From assembly GCA_951406725.2 (NCBI GenBank), contig OX597833.1:7688001-7752000 (forward strand): a DNA stretch of 64,000 nt, read 5' to 3'. The number at the start of each line of letters is the position of its first letter. Within the stretch, counting starts at the first letter, position 1. The translations under genes were made by a program, and so were the position numbers. This document shows, one piece after another, positions 1-14,687 of this stretch. This DNA comes from Octopus vulgaris (taxonomy: Eukaryota). The notes below the pieces were generated by a model. It was not told the DNA's origin and ran no database searches. It saw only the letters and a list, made by a program, of their open reading frames with translations.

Positions 1-47
1 GTGTTTACACGTCTACATATACATACACACATTAAGTATCTATGTGC

Positions 48-454
<407 letters not shown>

Positions 455-530
455 AATGTATGCATGTATGTATGTATATCTTATTATACAAGCAACGTTT
501 AGAAAACTCGGTTCCTGAACCTTTTACCAG

Positions 531-605
531 AGTTGTATAAAATACTCTTCACTTCACTTAGAGAGTTGCCCCTAGTTTCCAACGAAACGGAATTTGTCAA
601 AAAGG
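531..605 (+). CDS. candidate internal exon (phase 1-1) of an unidentified gene: [25 protein letters not shown]
   Basis: Acceptor ccttttaccag, donor AGG|gtaaca, open 75-nt frame, phase-compatible with the exon at 2651. No homology recognised. Confidence 0.3.
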
Positions 606-664
606 GTAACAACAACAACATCATCAACAACAACAACAACAACAATAACAATAACAATAATAAC

Positions 665-722
<58 letters not shown>

Positions 723-1014
723 TCATATAATATAATAATAATAATAATAAATTTTGGTGCATTTTGGGTTATGTCTGCGAAATGGTGAAGCGGAATAATT
801 CAGATTTTCATCAGAGGAATTTATCTTCATTTCTTTCATCGGGGTTATTGCTAGAACAGCACATTGATAAGGAGGGAGATGAAATGAAGGTCGCAGATAG
901 AACGAGTTGAAGGATGTGAAATGAAAAATTATACGAAACGTGAGAGGAAAGTAAAAAAATTTTAAATTGAAGATGAAATGCCCAAAATACAGAACAGACA
1001 GAAAGACAGGTCAT

Positions 1015-1099
<85 letters not shown>

Positions 1100-1334
1100 G
1101 CATTGCTAATTAGGGGGTTGAAAAGCAGACAAATAAATGGATGTGTAAACTGATGGCGAGATATATAAACAGATATACAATCCAATTAATAGATAATATA
1201 TATATATATGGCGGTGTCCCAGCATGGCCACAGCTCGTAAGCTGAAACTAGATGAAAATGAAAAAATATATATATATGTACATACATATATATATATATT
1301 TATACATATATATATATATTTATACATATATATA

Positions 1335-1430
<96 letters not shown>

Positions 1431-2004
1431 AGAACACACGCACGCACACATGCACAGCCTCTCCCCGTTCCTTTTTCATCGACGTTTCAATATCACATGA
1501 CCTTATCATCACGATATTGCACATAAGAGTTGCAAACTTTGCCTCTGTTTCATGTATTTCTCTGATAGACATGAGAGGCAACCGTAACAAGAAATTAAAT
1601 TACTGACTGGCAGAATAACTTTTAACCAAAACGCTGAGAGGTTCTCTTCCTGTGAGCCCTTTCTATGATGAAGGTTATATATATATACAGAGAGACAGAA
1701 AGAGAGTAAGAAAGAGAAAGGCGGGGAAGAGAGAGAATTATCCCTAAATATTTTATTGTTAATATGAAATATTTTGATGCAATGAATTTTAAGAAAAGAA
1801 CTTTCGTCTTTAATCCCTACTATAATATAACGTTTAGTAAGCATTATTAACATCATCATCATTATTATTATTAAGCAACACAATAGACATGTCATTGACC
1901 TCTGGCAGTTGTTCGCATAAACAAAAGTCGACGTTTCCTTGGAGGGACCACAGTCGTAGTGGACAACAGGAGGAACCATTTGAAATGTGTTCACTTGTTG
2001 ACAG

Positions 2005-2345
<341 letters not shown>

Positions 2346-2438
2346 GTTATCGCCATACTAATATGGCATTCTTATAAAAATAAGAATAAAGCTGTCCGCT
2401 TGTTCTCTTTTAGAGAGACTTAGTAATTTTAATATTTC

Positions 2439-2607
<169 letters not shown>

Positions 2608-2650
2608 GTAGCTGTATGTATCTGTTTGTACGTGTGTATGAACGGTTCAG

Positions 2651-2803
2651 GGCTGAATGTGACCGGCAATTGTGAAGAAGCCAGTCGGTACTGGCAATGT
2701 TGGTCTTGTAAGAGAGCGTTTCACCCAGCCAACAGAATCTGGGACACGGCCATTGTAAGAATGGTACCAAAACCAGGATGTGTTCTGGCTACAAATAGAA
2801 TTG
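2651..2803 (+). CDS. candidate internal exon [51 protein letters not shown] (alternative donor after 2687)
   Basis: Complex, GC-richer island between microsatellites; acceptor ttcag, donor G|gtaatt; only one frame open; 153 nt, phase 1-1. Confidence 0.45.
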
Positions 2804-3140
2804 GTAATTCAAAACTTGCTGAAATTTGTACTTTCTCACTCGCTTATTCTACACACTGTTATACTCAATGATACTGTGTGTATATGAGCTTGCGTGTATT
2901 TTCATGTATCTGTATGTGCATATGTATATTTGTGTGTGTCTACGTGTATGTAGACATGATTATATGTTTGAATATCTATGTATATATATATATATATATA
3001 TATGCAATGCTTGTCAGCTTCTGTGAATGTGTATTTCTGTGTGTATATACATATATCTTCATTTAGATTTATGTGAGTACTAAGATATGTAGTTCTATGT
3101 ATATTTATATGATAGTGTCTATATATATTGATGATATACA

Positions 3141-3176
<36 letters not shown>

Positions 3177-3247
3177 TGTATGTATGTGTGTATGTGTGCA
3201 TGTATGTATTTATGTATGTATGTGTGTATGTATTTATGTATGTATGT

Positions 3248-3352
3248 ATGTCTTTATTCAGTTTATTTCAAGATTCCTTGCCAATAGTGAAAGAACCGGT
3301 TTCCAATCTAGATCCAAGGCTCCTTCATTGGAATTTCAACATCAACAACCGG
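3248..3352 (-). mobile_element. 3' UTR fragment of an RLE-type LINE
   Basis: Reverse complement matches the tail at 45005-45115 (GAAATTCCAATGAAGGAG..TTGGATCTAGATT.GAAACCGGTTCTTTC); a third copy lies at 32555-32640. Confidence 0.7.
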
Positions 3353-3361
3353 GCATATATA

Positions 3362-3548
3362 TAACTTTAAACGGTGTCTGGATAGATTCCTTCAAAGAAT
3401 ACCAGATAAGCCACCCATAATTGGATACAACTCACCCAACAAGAACTCACTACTTGAATGGACCATAAACAAAACATGACTTAAACAGGATTCGAATAAT
3501 CCTATCAGGTGGTGCTACTAAGTTAGACATGGCCTGGACCAATCTTTA
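3362..3548 (+). mobile_element. CR1-type LINE 3' end fragment
   Basis: Translates FKRCLDRFLQRIPDKPPIIGYNSPNKNSLLEW, a typical CR1/L2 ORF2 C-terminus; ends in (TTA)n. Confidence 0.7.
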
Positions 3549-4004
3549 TTATTATTATGTATGTTTGTATGTATGTATGTATGGATGGATGGATGGATGG
3601 ATGGATGGATGGATGGATTTATGGATGGATGGATGGATGGATGGATGGATGGATGGATTTATGTATGCATATGTGTGTGTACGTATGTGTGTATATGCAT
3701 ATATGTGTATGTGAGTATACGTTATTATTGTCGTTTGGCTCTATATCAGTCTGAATCCAGTTTCCCTTCAACCAAACGCCTTCCAACTGAGACCATCCCA
3801 TCATTTTCTCAGTGACATACATCATTCAATGTATTTACTAAAGCGATATGATTAGAGAGAATATGTCGGGTCCATTATCTCCGTTTGCTGCTCCAACGCC
3901 TCACCTCGCATCGGTTTGGTGCCGTAGAAGATTCTGCTTTGGTTCACAGTACTTCCAATGAGTTCCACCGATTAACGGCATTCGTGCGAAAGCTTTAAAT
4001 ATGA

Positions 4005-4224
4005 GGCGGCGAGCTGGTAGAGACGTTAGCACGCCGGGCGAAATTCGTAGCAGTATTTCGTCTGTCGTTACGTTCCGAGTTCAAATTCCGCCGAGGTCGA
4101 CTTTGCCTTCCATCCTTTCGTGATCGATAAATTAAGTACCAGTTACGCACTGGGGTCGATGTAATCGACTTAATCCCTTGTTTGTCCACTCTATGTTTAG
4201 CCTCTTGTGGGTAGTAAAGAAATA
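4005..4224 (+). mobile_element. tRNA-derived SINE family B, full length, with TSD
   Basis: GGCGGCGAGCTGG..., B box GAGTTCAAATTCC, central CTTTGCCTTCCATCCTTTCG..ATAAATTAAGTACCAG; TAAATATGA repeated on both sides. Confidence 0.9.
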
Positions 4225-4544
4225 TAAATATGAGGAACTATTTACCAACAACTCTCTACCTATCCTCTCTCTCTCCCTTTCTCTATATCTCACCCTCTCT
4301 CTCCCGCTCTCTCTCTCTCTCCCTCTCTCTCCCCCTCTCCTCCCTGTCTCCCTCAATAAAGGGTGTGTGTGTGTGTGTATAGATTGTGCAGATTTCATAT
4401 ATTAAGAAAGCGGAGGGATTCAGAATTTCGGATAATTATTTATTCAGCGTTTTCATCTCGTTTCAGAGATTCAAGAATCTTGATTAATTTCTGATACGAA
4501 ATGAAAGTGTTATATAAATAATTATCCAAAATTCTGACTACATC

Positions 4545-4615
<71 letters not shown>

Positions 4616-4640
4616 AGGGAATATATGATTACGCACACAC

Positions 4641-4726
<86 letters not shown>

Positions 4727-5203
4727 TAGGCGGTGGGGGTTATATTCTGATTCCACATATTGCTTGGTGTTCATTTTGGTGTGAGAAATAAATGAACAAA
4801 TTCTAAAAAGTTTCCGACCATTCCTACCCCTGGCATAGCCCTCACCTTATTCTGCGCTTTGAATACTGAAAATTTAAGGAACTGTAAACTTGTTTTCATG
4901 CTATTAACTTTGCATTGGTTAAATATTACCAATATAACTTTTTATAAATTATATGCAACCCTCACCACCACCAACACCACCACTACCTGAAAAAAAAACA
5001 ATTATTGAAATCTTTATTTATTTATATTGTTTATATTAACTTTTTTTATTTAAAAAAAATGCTTATATTAAGAAAAGCACTTTCGACTTTAAAAAAAATT
5101 CATAATGACTTTTATGATATGCAAAAAAAAAACTATGCACGAATCTGAAACGAAATATTTGAACAGTGAACACCATAAAATAAGTATTAATAATATTTGC
5201 TAA

Positions 5204-6840
5204 TTAGTTACATGGCCATTGTCTTGATTTCTGTACATTTAATATGAATTTGTGCTTATTTTCGTAGCCTCTTCTGACTTCAGAAGCTTTTGTCACTAAA
5301 TTGACAGCATGCTCGACTCCTTGGCTAATATAGGGAAGAGGTATTGCCGTTGCTGGTCCTGAATGAGTTTTAAGAAGATCAACAGAGGACCGATCAGGTA
5401 AAGGACCTAGGTATCTTGGTGGATTCCTCCTTTTCGCCTTCGGCCCAGTGCGTCCATGCTGCCAACAAAGCACGCGGAATTCTGTTCTTGATTCGATGGT
5501 CATTCGGAATGCTCACAGCAGCCATATTCCTACCACTCTATGTCACGCTGGTGAGACCCATATTGGAGTATGGGATTCAAGCCTCTTCTCCTTATCTCCT
5601 CAAAGACATACAGCATCCCGAAAGAGTCCAGAAGCTGGCTACCCGCATGGTTCATGGTCTCAAAAATTTGTCCTACGAAGAAAGGCTGAGGACGCTCGAC
5701 CTTTATTCTCTTGAAAAACGCCGCCGCCGTGGTGATCTCATTCTCGCCCACAACATCATAAGCGGAAAGTGTAACCTCTCGAAAGAGCTGTTCTTCACTC
5801 CTGCTCCAGAGCGTCGGCTGCGGGGTCATTCCGAAAAGCTCTACCTGCGACGATTTCATCTCAATCGAAGGAGAGGAGCTTTCTCCGTCCGGGTTGCGGA
5901 TCCGTGGAACAAGCTGCCAGACGAGATGGTAAAGATGCCGACGACCGCTTTGTTCAAAGCCTCCCTGGACCTCAAGTGGCCTGAACTCTTTACATGAACA
6001 CCACCCTGTACTTAACTCCATGTCCCCCTACATGGCCTTGCTATTTGCTTTTGAGCCAAATTAACTAACTAACTAACTAACTAACATTTGTAAAATTCCA
6101 TAAAACTGGTGGGGATGTTATAACTTCATTTTCCCAGTTAATCAAATCAACATAATCCTGTGCTTTAAAATTAATTTTGCTTGGCAATTTGAAATTTCTT
6201 AATTCTTGAAATTTCTTAATTCTTCCCGAGGCATTCGGGGGAAAGTTCTTGCTTGAAAACTTCGCTGAATTGCAACTTCCCTAAATTGTCTTCTTCTAGC
6301 ATTCAGCAGACTCAGTAAAATATTCTCCAGATGAGGGCAAAATATGAATTAGTTTTTAACGATTTCTCCATAACTGCTTTATAATCTTGGTTCATCTCTT
6401 GCATTAGATGCGCCAGATACCAAATATTACTTGTTCCTTCATGTAACTTTGGATGAGATTTAATCCAGAACCATCTTGGGGCATAAAACTTGCGTTATGA
6501 TTTTAACAAGATCCATAATATTCTTTTGGGGATTTTTTCCGAAACATATAAGCGAAAAATTCTGTCTGCTGGTGTTAACCACCTTGCACGATGGATTTTA
6601 CCAAGATGGATCTTGCTGTTAACTGCTCAGAAACAAACCCTGTCTCAAAACTGAGACACATTTCGTGCAGATATTTTGGATCTGAGCTTAAAGTAGCAAC
6701 GATTTCTAACGACAATTCCTTCAGTTTAGTTTTTACTGGAGAAAATTTGATTATCGTTAAATTTGTTACAAACCTTTTGATGATGGTGGTCCTGTGGTTT
6801 TCTATGGATTCAAATACATGTCGAAACGGAAGCTTGAAAC
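5204..6840 (-). pseudogene. decayed hAT-superfamily (hATm-like) DNA transposase, interrupted by a CR1 LINE
   Basis: Minus strand gives PGKIHRARWLTPADRIFRLYVS, INFKAQDYVDLINWENEVITSPPVL and SQGVEHAVNLVTKAS, matching hATm-type motifs (PG..H.RWLT.ANR.LRLY; NF.A.DY..LI.W; Q.VER.VKLVTEAS); frameshifted. Confidence 0.75.
5385..6082 (+). mobile_element. 5'-truncated CR1-type LINE (ORF2 C-terminus, 3' UTR, (CTAA)n tail)
   Basis: ORF 5416-5997 contains LYVTLVRPILEYG, ERVQKLATRMV, SYEERLRTLDLYSLEKRRRRGDLI, RGHSEKL and FSVRVADPWNKLP; upstream KDLGILVD; (CTAA)n tail; AACA repeated at 5381-5384 and 6083-6086. Confidence 0.95.
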
Positions 6841-7095
6841 GGTATTTAATTGTGGGTGGTGTATACGAGGGGTACAGGGGGTGGGTCACATAATCCTAAT
6901 TTTCATATATTTTATTTAAAATACTATTTAAAACCCTGTGCATGCCGTGGAATTAAGATTCTTTAAAAGTGGTTGTGTTTCGACCCCCACACCCGCCTAT
7001 ATGTACGTATATATGAATATAGGGATGTCTAAATGTGTGTGTGTGTGTATGTATGTATGTAGGTGAATGTGAGGCAGATATAGAGAGAGATAAAG

Positions 7096-7134
<39 letters not shown>

Positions 7135-7305
7135 TGTACATAGATACGTCTGTTGGTGATGGAGGTGGTGACATTGGTCTGTGATGCTGCCTGGTTTACT
7201 GGTATTAAATAAGTGACAGGGTCGGTATGTGAAAAATGTTCTCTCGCCGGGTATAATATGTATGTACATACTATGCTTATATGCGCGCGCACCTATGTGC
7301 GTACG

Positions 7306-7345
<40 letters not shown>

Positions 7346-7819
7346 TACTAACAAATACGCGTGTGTTTGTGATGTATGCGCATATGTATATATGTATGTA
7401 TGTAATACATACATACACGTCTACATGCATAACATACAGAGACACAAACACACACACACACACATACATATATATATATAAGTGTGTGTGTGTGTGTGTG
7501 TACGTGTGTATTTATATGTTTGTATATATGTCAATATATATATATGTATATATCAATATATATATATACATAGATATATAGATAGATACCTACATACACA
7601 CATGCATACATATACACATATACATAAATACATGCATGCATTCAACCAAATATGTGTGTATGTACGTTATTTATATATCTGTGTGTGCATGTATGTGTGT
7701 GTGTATACACACACATATATATATATTTATACATATGTATATGTATAAACATATGCATTCACACACACGCAAAAGCATATATCAGCATCTTAGTGCGAAT
7801 GTGTGTATGTGTGTGTGTT

Positions 7820-7864
<45 letters not shown>

Positions 7865-8100
7865 CAATATCCGAAGAATTTTTTGGAATTTACACTCTAT
7901 TGACTCGTTGCTCCAGTAGTAGTAGTAGCAGCAGCAGCAGCAGCTGTTATTGTATTTAAAGATGTTAAAGGAATCTCAGTCGCCCGTAAGTGGCAGCGAA
8001 TGTTAATAGGGGTGGTGCGTCAACACCCTATAAAATACCACGGGTACCTAACACTGATCTATCTATCTTAATGGACGCATGTCAAGTGTTTTTTCTGCAG

Positions 8101-8146
8101 GTTGTATTATGGTGGGACCCCCTGGGGCCACGTAGCCATACCTGTG
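8101..8146 (+). CDS. candidate 46-nt exon (phase 2-0): xLYYGGTPWGHVAIPV
   Basis: Strong acceptor ttttttctgcag, donor GTG|gtcagt; joins in frame to 13174-13219. Confidence 0.45.
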
Positions 8147-9554
8147 GTCAGTTACTTTGCAAGAAATAACAGCAATGCCTCTCTCATATTGAATAATATT
8201 ATGATTACATGAAGGAAGACATATTGGATACAAATAAACGATATGATGTAGGCTGGATCACTAACCGTTAAAGGCGAGCCTGGATGGGCACTGACCTAGG
8301 GCTAAGAGAAAACAATGTAAACAACAACTGGATCATTCATCAGCTTTTGTGTCTATGTGTGATAATATTATACATAGCTTTTAGGTTTTTTATATATATT
8401 TATCTATCTCTCCCTCTCTCTCTCTATATATATATATATACACACACACACACATATATATATGTAACTATCTATCTATTTATCTATCTATCATATATAT
8501 ATATATATGCTTCTGTGTGTGTGTGCGTGCGTGTGTAAGTATATATGTGTGTGTGTGTGTGTGTGTGTGAATATTTATTGTACAAAGTGCTGCGTCTACA
8601 ATTATACATTTAGTTGAATAAATAATTTAATAAATGTGTAAATCGCCCGAAATTGCCGGCCTTTGAATCCAGTATTAAACTATTCAAATCTATATTCTTG
8701 CTTTTCCACATGTATTAAATCAATCCCCCACCCCACGTATTAAATTACTTGAATAAAGAATGGCTGAAGAGTAAAGAAGTTCTCTTTTGCACCCTCCGCG
8801 GAACATTCGCTGAATGTCTTCTACTCTGGTCCCGGATCGACCGATGCTTTACGAGTAAATTTGATAGACGGAAGTAAAAACCCAGAAGCCTTCGGCCGTT
8901 TCTATTCAAAAAGGTTTTTCACCCAGTATTTTCATGTTGTTGTTTATTATTTCTAGTCCTTTGTGAACCTCGAAAGCCAAAGTTCCAAAAAAATTATAAA
9001 TAAATAAATAATTTTTTTTTTAATGTATGAAACCGCCATTGGTGTGATTGTTAGTTTATTTCAATTAATTTCTACGAACGTCTCCCTGCGTTGGGGTTTT
9101 GTTAACGAGGGCCATGGACAATGCAGCCCGCATTTGCGATTCTAATGTAACATGGAATCATCTGGCATCCCAGATAAAAACTTGGTCTAAATATTCTTTC
9201 AACCAATTCAAATCAACATGGCAAAATACTGAAAAACAATGGGCCCTGTTCACAATTTAATACACAATACATAATATGATATAGCAGGTTGTGTAATATA
9301 TATTACATAATATAATGCATACATATATATATAATGTATAATATTTCTAAAATATACAATATGATATATGATAAAATACAACATATAATATAGTTTAACG
9401 ATGTAATATCGCAAAATTGATGTAATGTAATAAAATATGATATATATAATACATAATATGGTGTACAGTCCATAATATAATCCGTTGTATGATATATAAT
9501 ACACAACAGACAATATAAACGTATAGTATGAGATAAAAAATATACGAAATAATA

Positions 9555-9770
9555 TAGAGGTTGGCCAAAAGTCACCTGAGAGTAAATCAAAACCATTTTA
9601 TTCCAAGATTTATTTGTTTAACAACTGAAGGAATTTGATAAAAGCATCTAAATATGAAACATCATGAAAATGGTTCAAACTGAAGTCCTTCTTGAGCGAA
9701 ATAGTTTTCCATTCGAGTCAATACAGAATTTCAGATAGTATTTATGGAAGTTTGATTTTGGCCAACCCTG
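9555..9770. mobile_element. Tc1/mariner-derived MITE
   Basis: TIRs TAGAGGTTGGCCAAAAG / TTTTGGCCAACCCTG flanked by TA on both sides. Confidence 0.75.
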
Positions 9771-9807
9771 TATGTTAATATATGATATAATGTGACGAAA
9801 AATATAT

Positions 9808-10014
9808 GCTTTTCTACTCGAGGCACAAGGCCAGAAATTTTGGGGGAGGGGTCCAGTCGATTAGATCGACCCCAGTACGCAACTGGTACTTAATTTATCG
9901 ATCCCGAAACGATGAAAGGTGAAATCAACCTCGGCGGAATTTGAACTCAGACAGACGAAATACTGCTAAGCATTTCGCCCGGCGTTGCTAACGTTTCTGC
10001 CATCTCGCCGCCTT
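9808..10014 (-). mobile_element. SINE family B
   Basis: Reverse complement of the family B consensus, with the GGCCTTGTGCC..GTAGAAA tail. Confidence 0.9.
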
Positions 10015-10042
10015 GTGACAATTCAACCAGACTCGGCTCATC

Positions 10043-10410
10043 TTGAACCCTTTTGTTACTCTATTGTTGTTGAAATATAATCCATTGGTGTCAATTAATT
10101 TTGTAAAAAGTGAAGAGCTTAGGAAAATAAATTTCTCAATGTCAAGTCGGTGTTTGGAATATGGATTAACGTGGAATTTTTACGGATGCTTTTTATTAAG
10201 ATCTCGTTAACCCTTTTGATAGTATATTTCTGTTAAAATACCTTTATCTCAATTAATTTTGAAAATGGTGAGTTTAGTAAGATAATTGCTTTCATTGAAA
10301 CATAAATCAACACGGAATTTCAATGGAGATCATTATTGATCTGTAGAAAACAAGGATTTTTATTATAGAACCAGGAGAGGACCAGATGGCTTAGTATAAA
10401 AGGAAATAAA
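10043..10410 (+). mobile_element. two tandem piggyBac-like MITE copies (10043-10200 partial, 10207-10410)
   Basis: Each starts TT(G/A)ACCCTTTTG and the two are homologous; a related inverted copy ending AAAAGGGTTGAA lies at 46579-46797. Confidence 0.6.
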
Positions 10411-10938
10411 AGTTTAACAACAGCTAAGTATTGAACTTTTTGCCTCTGTAGGGCAAAAGAAGCTGATGGGTGGCTCTCTTCGCAAGTGAGGCCAATTTTG
10501 ATTTGCAGTAAATCGTAAAATGGCGTCTAAGTGATGTTGGATCGTAAACATATTTTCGTTTCTCTTCACCACAAGCGCCATTTTAATGTCGCCTGCACAT
10601 CTGCGGTCTTTGACAAAATTGTATGTTTTTGTCTATAACCGACGATATGAGAAACAATAAGTCATTCCAGGTACGACACCTTGAGATATAAACTGTTATC
10701 ACTGCAGACTGCTTCAGATAAAGGAAACGTCGAACGTCACTTCATTCCGGTTTTCAAAGAATTCAGACAGTCGCAGTCAAGTTTCGAACTTTCTTCTTAT
10801 ATCACCCATCCCCCACTCCCAAAATTTGGCATAGACTAAAATAGTCGCCCACCCCAAAGACTTGGTGGAACTCACGGTGTACAGAATCAATTTATAAAGA
10901 AAAAAACACTTGATTTAAACAACAGACTTTTTCGGATG

Positions 10939-11110
10939 TCATTGTGTTGTTGTAGGAGTTGTGTTTCGGAGGCAGAATCCGTGCTGAGAGATGTTGAAAT
11001 GATTCTGTTTGTCTAAATAGCTTATTATCCTTCTGTGTAACACCTCTTTCCAGAAGTCTTTTAAGATGTATTGTAAGCGACACGGGGCTAGAGTTGCTTG
11101 TCTATACGAA
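10939..11110 (-). mobile_element. degenerate CR1-type LINE RT N-terminal fragment
   Basis: SYRQATL...RRIISYLDKQNHFNISQHGF resembles the LINE RT motif YRPISL...I..YL......QHGF. Confidence 0.6.
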
Positions 11111-11664
11111 ACGTACCTCATTATTAACTACGGTTATTTTCGCTTCTTTTCACCATTATTGGCAGACGATCAGCATAGAAATAGCTCTGTTAATGTCTTT
11201 CGCAGGGACTAGAACGGCTTAGCTTGGCAGAACTATAAAAGATTAACAAGAATATCATCCCGGTATCGGTGCCGAGTTTGGGCCAAGAGGAAATAATTCT
11301 TCTGTTATTTGATTAGCAGAAAATTGAGAAAATTCTTCAAAAATAATCCGATTGTGTGTGTGTGTGTGTGTGTAGTGCGTGTGTGTCTGTGTGTGTGTCA
11401 GTATATGAGTTTGTACCAACGATTCTGCACTCCACTCACACTACCCCACACAAGTCTCCACTACCACTCTAACACCCGACACCCCTAATCTTCTACGACC
11501 CCAGACAATAAGGGTACATACCCGGCCAGCAAAACGCAAGATATTTGTTTGTTTTTGTTTGTTTTTCGTTTCTTTTCATTCCATTTTTGATCCGTTGTCT
11601 GTGAGACACGGGGTCTGTTACGGGGGAGATAACTGGAAGCACCACAACAGCTACAACAATCTAG

Positions 11665-11751
<87 letters not shown>

Positions 11752-11803
11752 ACTGCTGCTGCTGCTACTGCTACTATTACTACTACTGCTACTACTACTA
11801 CTA

Positions 11804-11847
<44 letters not shown>

Positions 11848-11962
11848 GCTACTACTACTACTACTACTACAGTCAACCACTGCCGCCACCAACAACAATA
11901 GCAACAATAACGAAAGTAACAACAGATTATTAATTGCAAAATCATCATCGCCATCGCCACCC

Positions 11963-12008
<46 letters not shown>

Positions 12009-12058
12009 GCCATCAACACCACCCTCATCGCAGTCGTCGTCGTTGTCCTACCTATCAT

Positions 12059-12089
<31 letters not shown>

Positions 12090-12170
12090 AGCAGTAGCAG
12101 CAACACAACCGCCACCACCACCATTACCATCAGCACCATTATTATCACTGCCGTTCGTCATCGTCATTGC

Positions 12171-12202
<32 letters not shown>

Positions 12203-12357
12203 GCTCCAGCATCACTTACGTCACTGTCAACATCCCCACCCCCTTGTGTAAACATGACGTCAGGGTGGCATAAGGTGACAGCAACTCACGTGACGTGCTA
12301 TCAGACATATCTGACTGACGATGGTGACGACGACGACGCTTATGATGATGATGATGG

Positions 12358-12397
<40 letters not shown>

Positions 12398-12538
12398 AAT
12401 GATGATGATGATGATGATGATTATGTTTATATTCAAGATGGTGGTGATTTTAGTGGAAATACTGACGACTATGATGATGATTACGATGATGATGATGAGG
12501 ATTATGGTGATGGTGATGGTGATGATGATGATGATGAA

Positions 12539-12573
<35 letters not shown>

Positions 12574-12645
12574 CGATGACGATGATGGTGATGGTGATGG
12601 TGATGATGATGATGGTCTTGGTGGTGATGATGATGATGATGGTGG

Positions 12646-12694
<49 letters not shown>

Positions 12695-12770
12695 GGGGAT
12701 GGTGATGATGATGATGATGGTGATGGTGATGATAATGATGATGGTGATGGTGGTGGTGGTGGTGATGATG
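11665..12770. repeat. compound trinucleotide microsatellite block: (CTA)n, (CAT)n, (GAT/GGT)n
   Basis: Visible directly; source of the poly-S, poly-D and poly-M pseudo-ORFs. Confidence 0.95.
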
Positions 12771-13173
12771 CCCACACTGTAGATGTCAGTAATTTCTTCA
12801 GTCAGTCAGACAGTATCAGTTCTTCCAAATGGCGCCAAACGTTTTCACTAACTTACCCCACTCTCTCCCCCATCTCCCCTTTCTCTCTCCATCTCCCACC
12901 TCTCTCTCTCCCCACCGTCTACTGACATTTCTCTACATCTCTAAACCATTCCCTATCATCTTTGACATCTTACTCTCTAACTATCCCCCTCACATCACAT
13001 ATACGTGTGTGTGTGTATGTGTACATACATACATATATGTGTGTGTGGTGTATATATGTACATATAAATATATATATATATGTATATATGTATAAATGTA
13101 TGTATATATGTATGTATGTAAGTATGTATATTAATAAATAAATGACAAAAGAAGAGGTATTACGTATTCACAG

Positions 13174-13219
13174 CCATTGGCTTACGTTGTTTCTGCTGTG
13201 AAGAACTGTGCACCCAGAG
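13174..13219 (+). CDS. candidate 46-nt exon (phase 0-1): PLAYVVSAVKNCAPR
   Basis: Acceptor tattcacag, strong donor AG|gtaggt; bridges exon 8101-8146 and the terminal exon at 25167 in frame. Confidence 0.45.
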
Positions 13220-13428
13220 GTAGGTGATAGCTTGACATCGTATGGCTTCTTCGGAGCCTTAACTGACACGCATACACACAAATATATATATATATATATA
13301 TATATACGTGTGTATATGTGTGTGCGTGCGTGTGTGTAAATAATTAAATATATATATATATAATATGCATGTACATGAGTGTGTGTATGCAGATATAAAT
13401 ACATGTGTAATCATGTCATTATATATGC

Positions 13429-13477
<49 letters not shown>

Positions 13478-13561
13478 CATACATGCATACATATATATAT
13501 ATATATATATATGTATACATACATGCATACATATATATATATATATATGTATACATACATG

Positions 13562-13608
<47 letters not shown>

Positions 13609-14117
13609 TTTTCCTCCGTCTTCCTTTCCTGTTGGACTTTCCTGTGCCTGTGAATGCGCACACGCATTTACAGGCACAGGTGTTCGTAACCTTCGCAGTC
13701 ACATCTTCAGAGCAAAAATGTGTTGAGATGTATTGCTGCCGCTGTATTCCAAAAAAAAACTGGGTGAAATCAATCGTTGTAGATGTTTCTGCCTGAAATC
13801 ACTGAAGCGTTGGATTATATTTGTGATTGGTGTGTGTTGTACAAGTGTTTATTTCAACACACAATTGCTTCCATCATTAGTTTTCTATTTAGTGGTGAAA
13901 TTTATCAAGACACGGAGCTGTCTTGATGACTAATATTTTGCTAATTCTGCTTTACATGGTGGCTGTAAAATCTTGATGAGTTGATGGAGACCCATTGTAG
14001 TGGCAAATGTAACATTTGTTCCGTTTGTAGACTAATTTAATATCCGTCGTTTGTAGTTTCTTGGAATGCTTACCAAAACAAAAAATGTTTACAATAATAA
14101 TAATAATAATAATAATC

Positions 14118-14617
14118 TGACTAAGAAGGAATATATTCACAGACACGTCAGAGTTAGAACCTATATAAACTGGAAGCTATGCCGACACTTTGGAATATCA
14201 ACAGAGAAAAAGATGGTATAGGCACACCCCAGAAAAGGTCATAGGAAATGAGAAAGCAACCATGCTCTGGATTATGCCAATACACACAGATAGAGAAATC
14301 AAGGCTAATAGGCCAGATATAGTTGTCAGAAGTCACCAAGAAAAAAATGCTTTTCTAATCGATGCATTAATACCAACAGATGACTACATTTCTCTAAAAG
14401 AAACGGAGAAACTTTCAAAATACAAAAAGCCGGAAATAGTGGTAACTCGAATGAGGAGCTTAAAAACAGAAACAAATCCTATAATAGGCGCATTAGGTAT
14501 GAAAAAAACAAGACTTACTAGTATATGTAACACACAGAAAATAGCACTACTAGGCACTGCACACATCCTACGTAAAACTCTTTCAATACAGTAACGATAA
14601 GAGCATCACAACAAACC

Positions 14618-14618
<1 letters not shown>
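14118..14618 (+). mobile_element. R4/Dong-type non-LTR retrotransposon 3' end (restriction-like endonuclease domain)
   Basis: WYRHTPEKV...IHTDREIKANRPDIVV...LID...EKLSKYK...PIIGALG...QKIALLGTAHILRKTL; flanked by (TAA)n on both sides, the known Dong target. Confidence 0.9.

Positions 14619-14687
<69 letters not shown>

Noticed and set aside
4726-6899. TTAGG...CCTAA as termini of the hATm-like element
   Set aside because: Only 5-6 bp match, no TSD, and the transposase is 5'-truncated.
11205-11265. Good-looking acceptor tctttcgcag
   Set aside because: All three frames reach a stop before a plausible donor.
12167-12925. 252-aa Asp-rich ORF resembling acidic shell-matrix proteins
   Set aside because: It is (GAT/GGT)n sequence open in multiple frames, with no signal peptide or convincing splice context.
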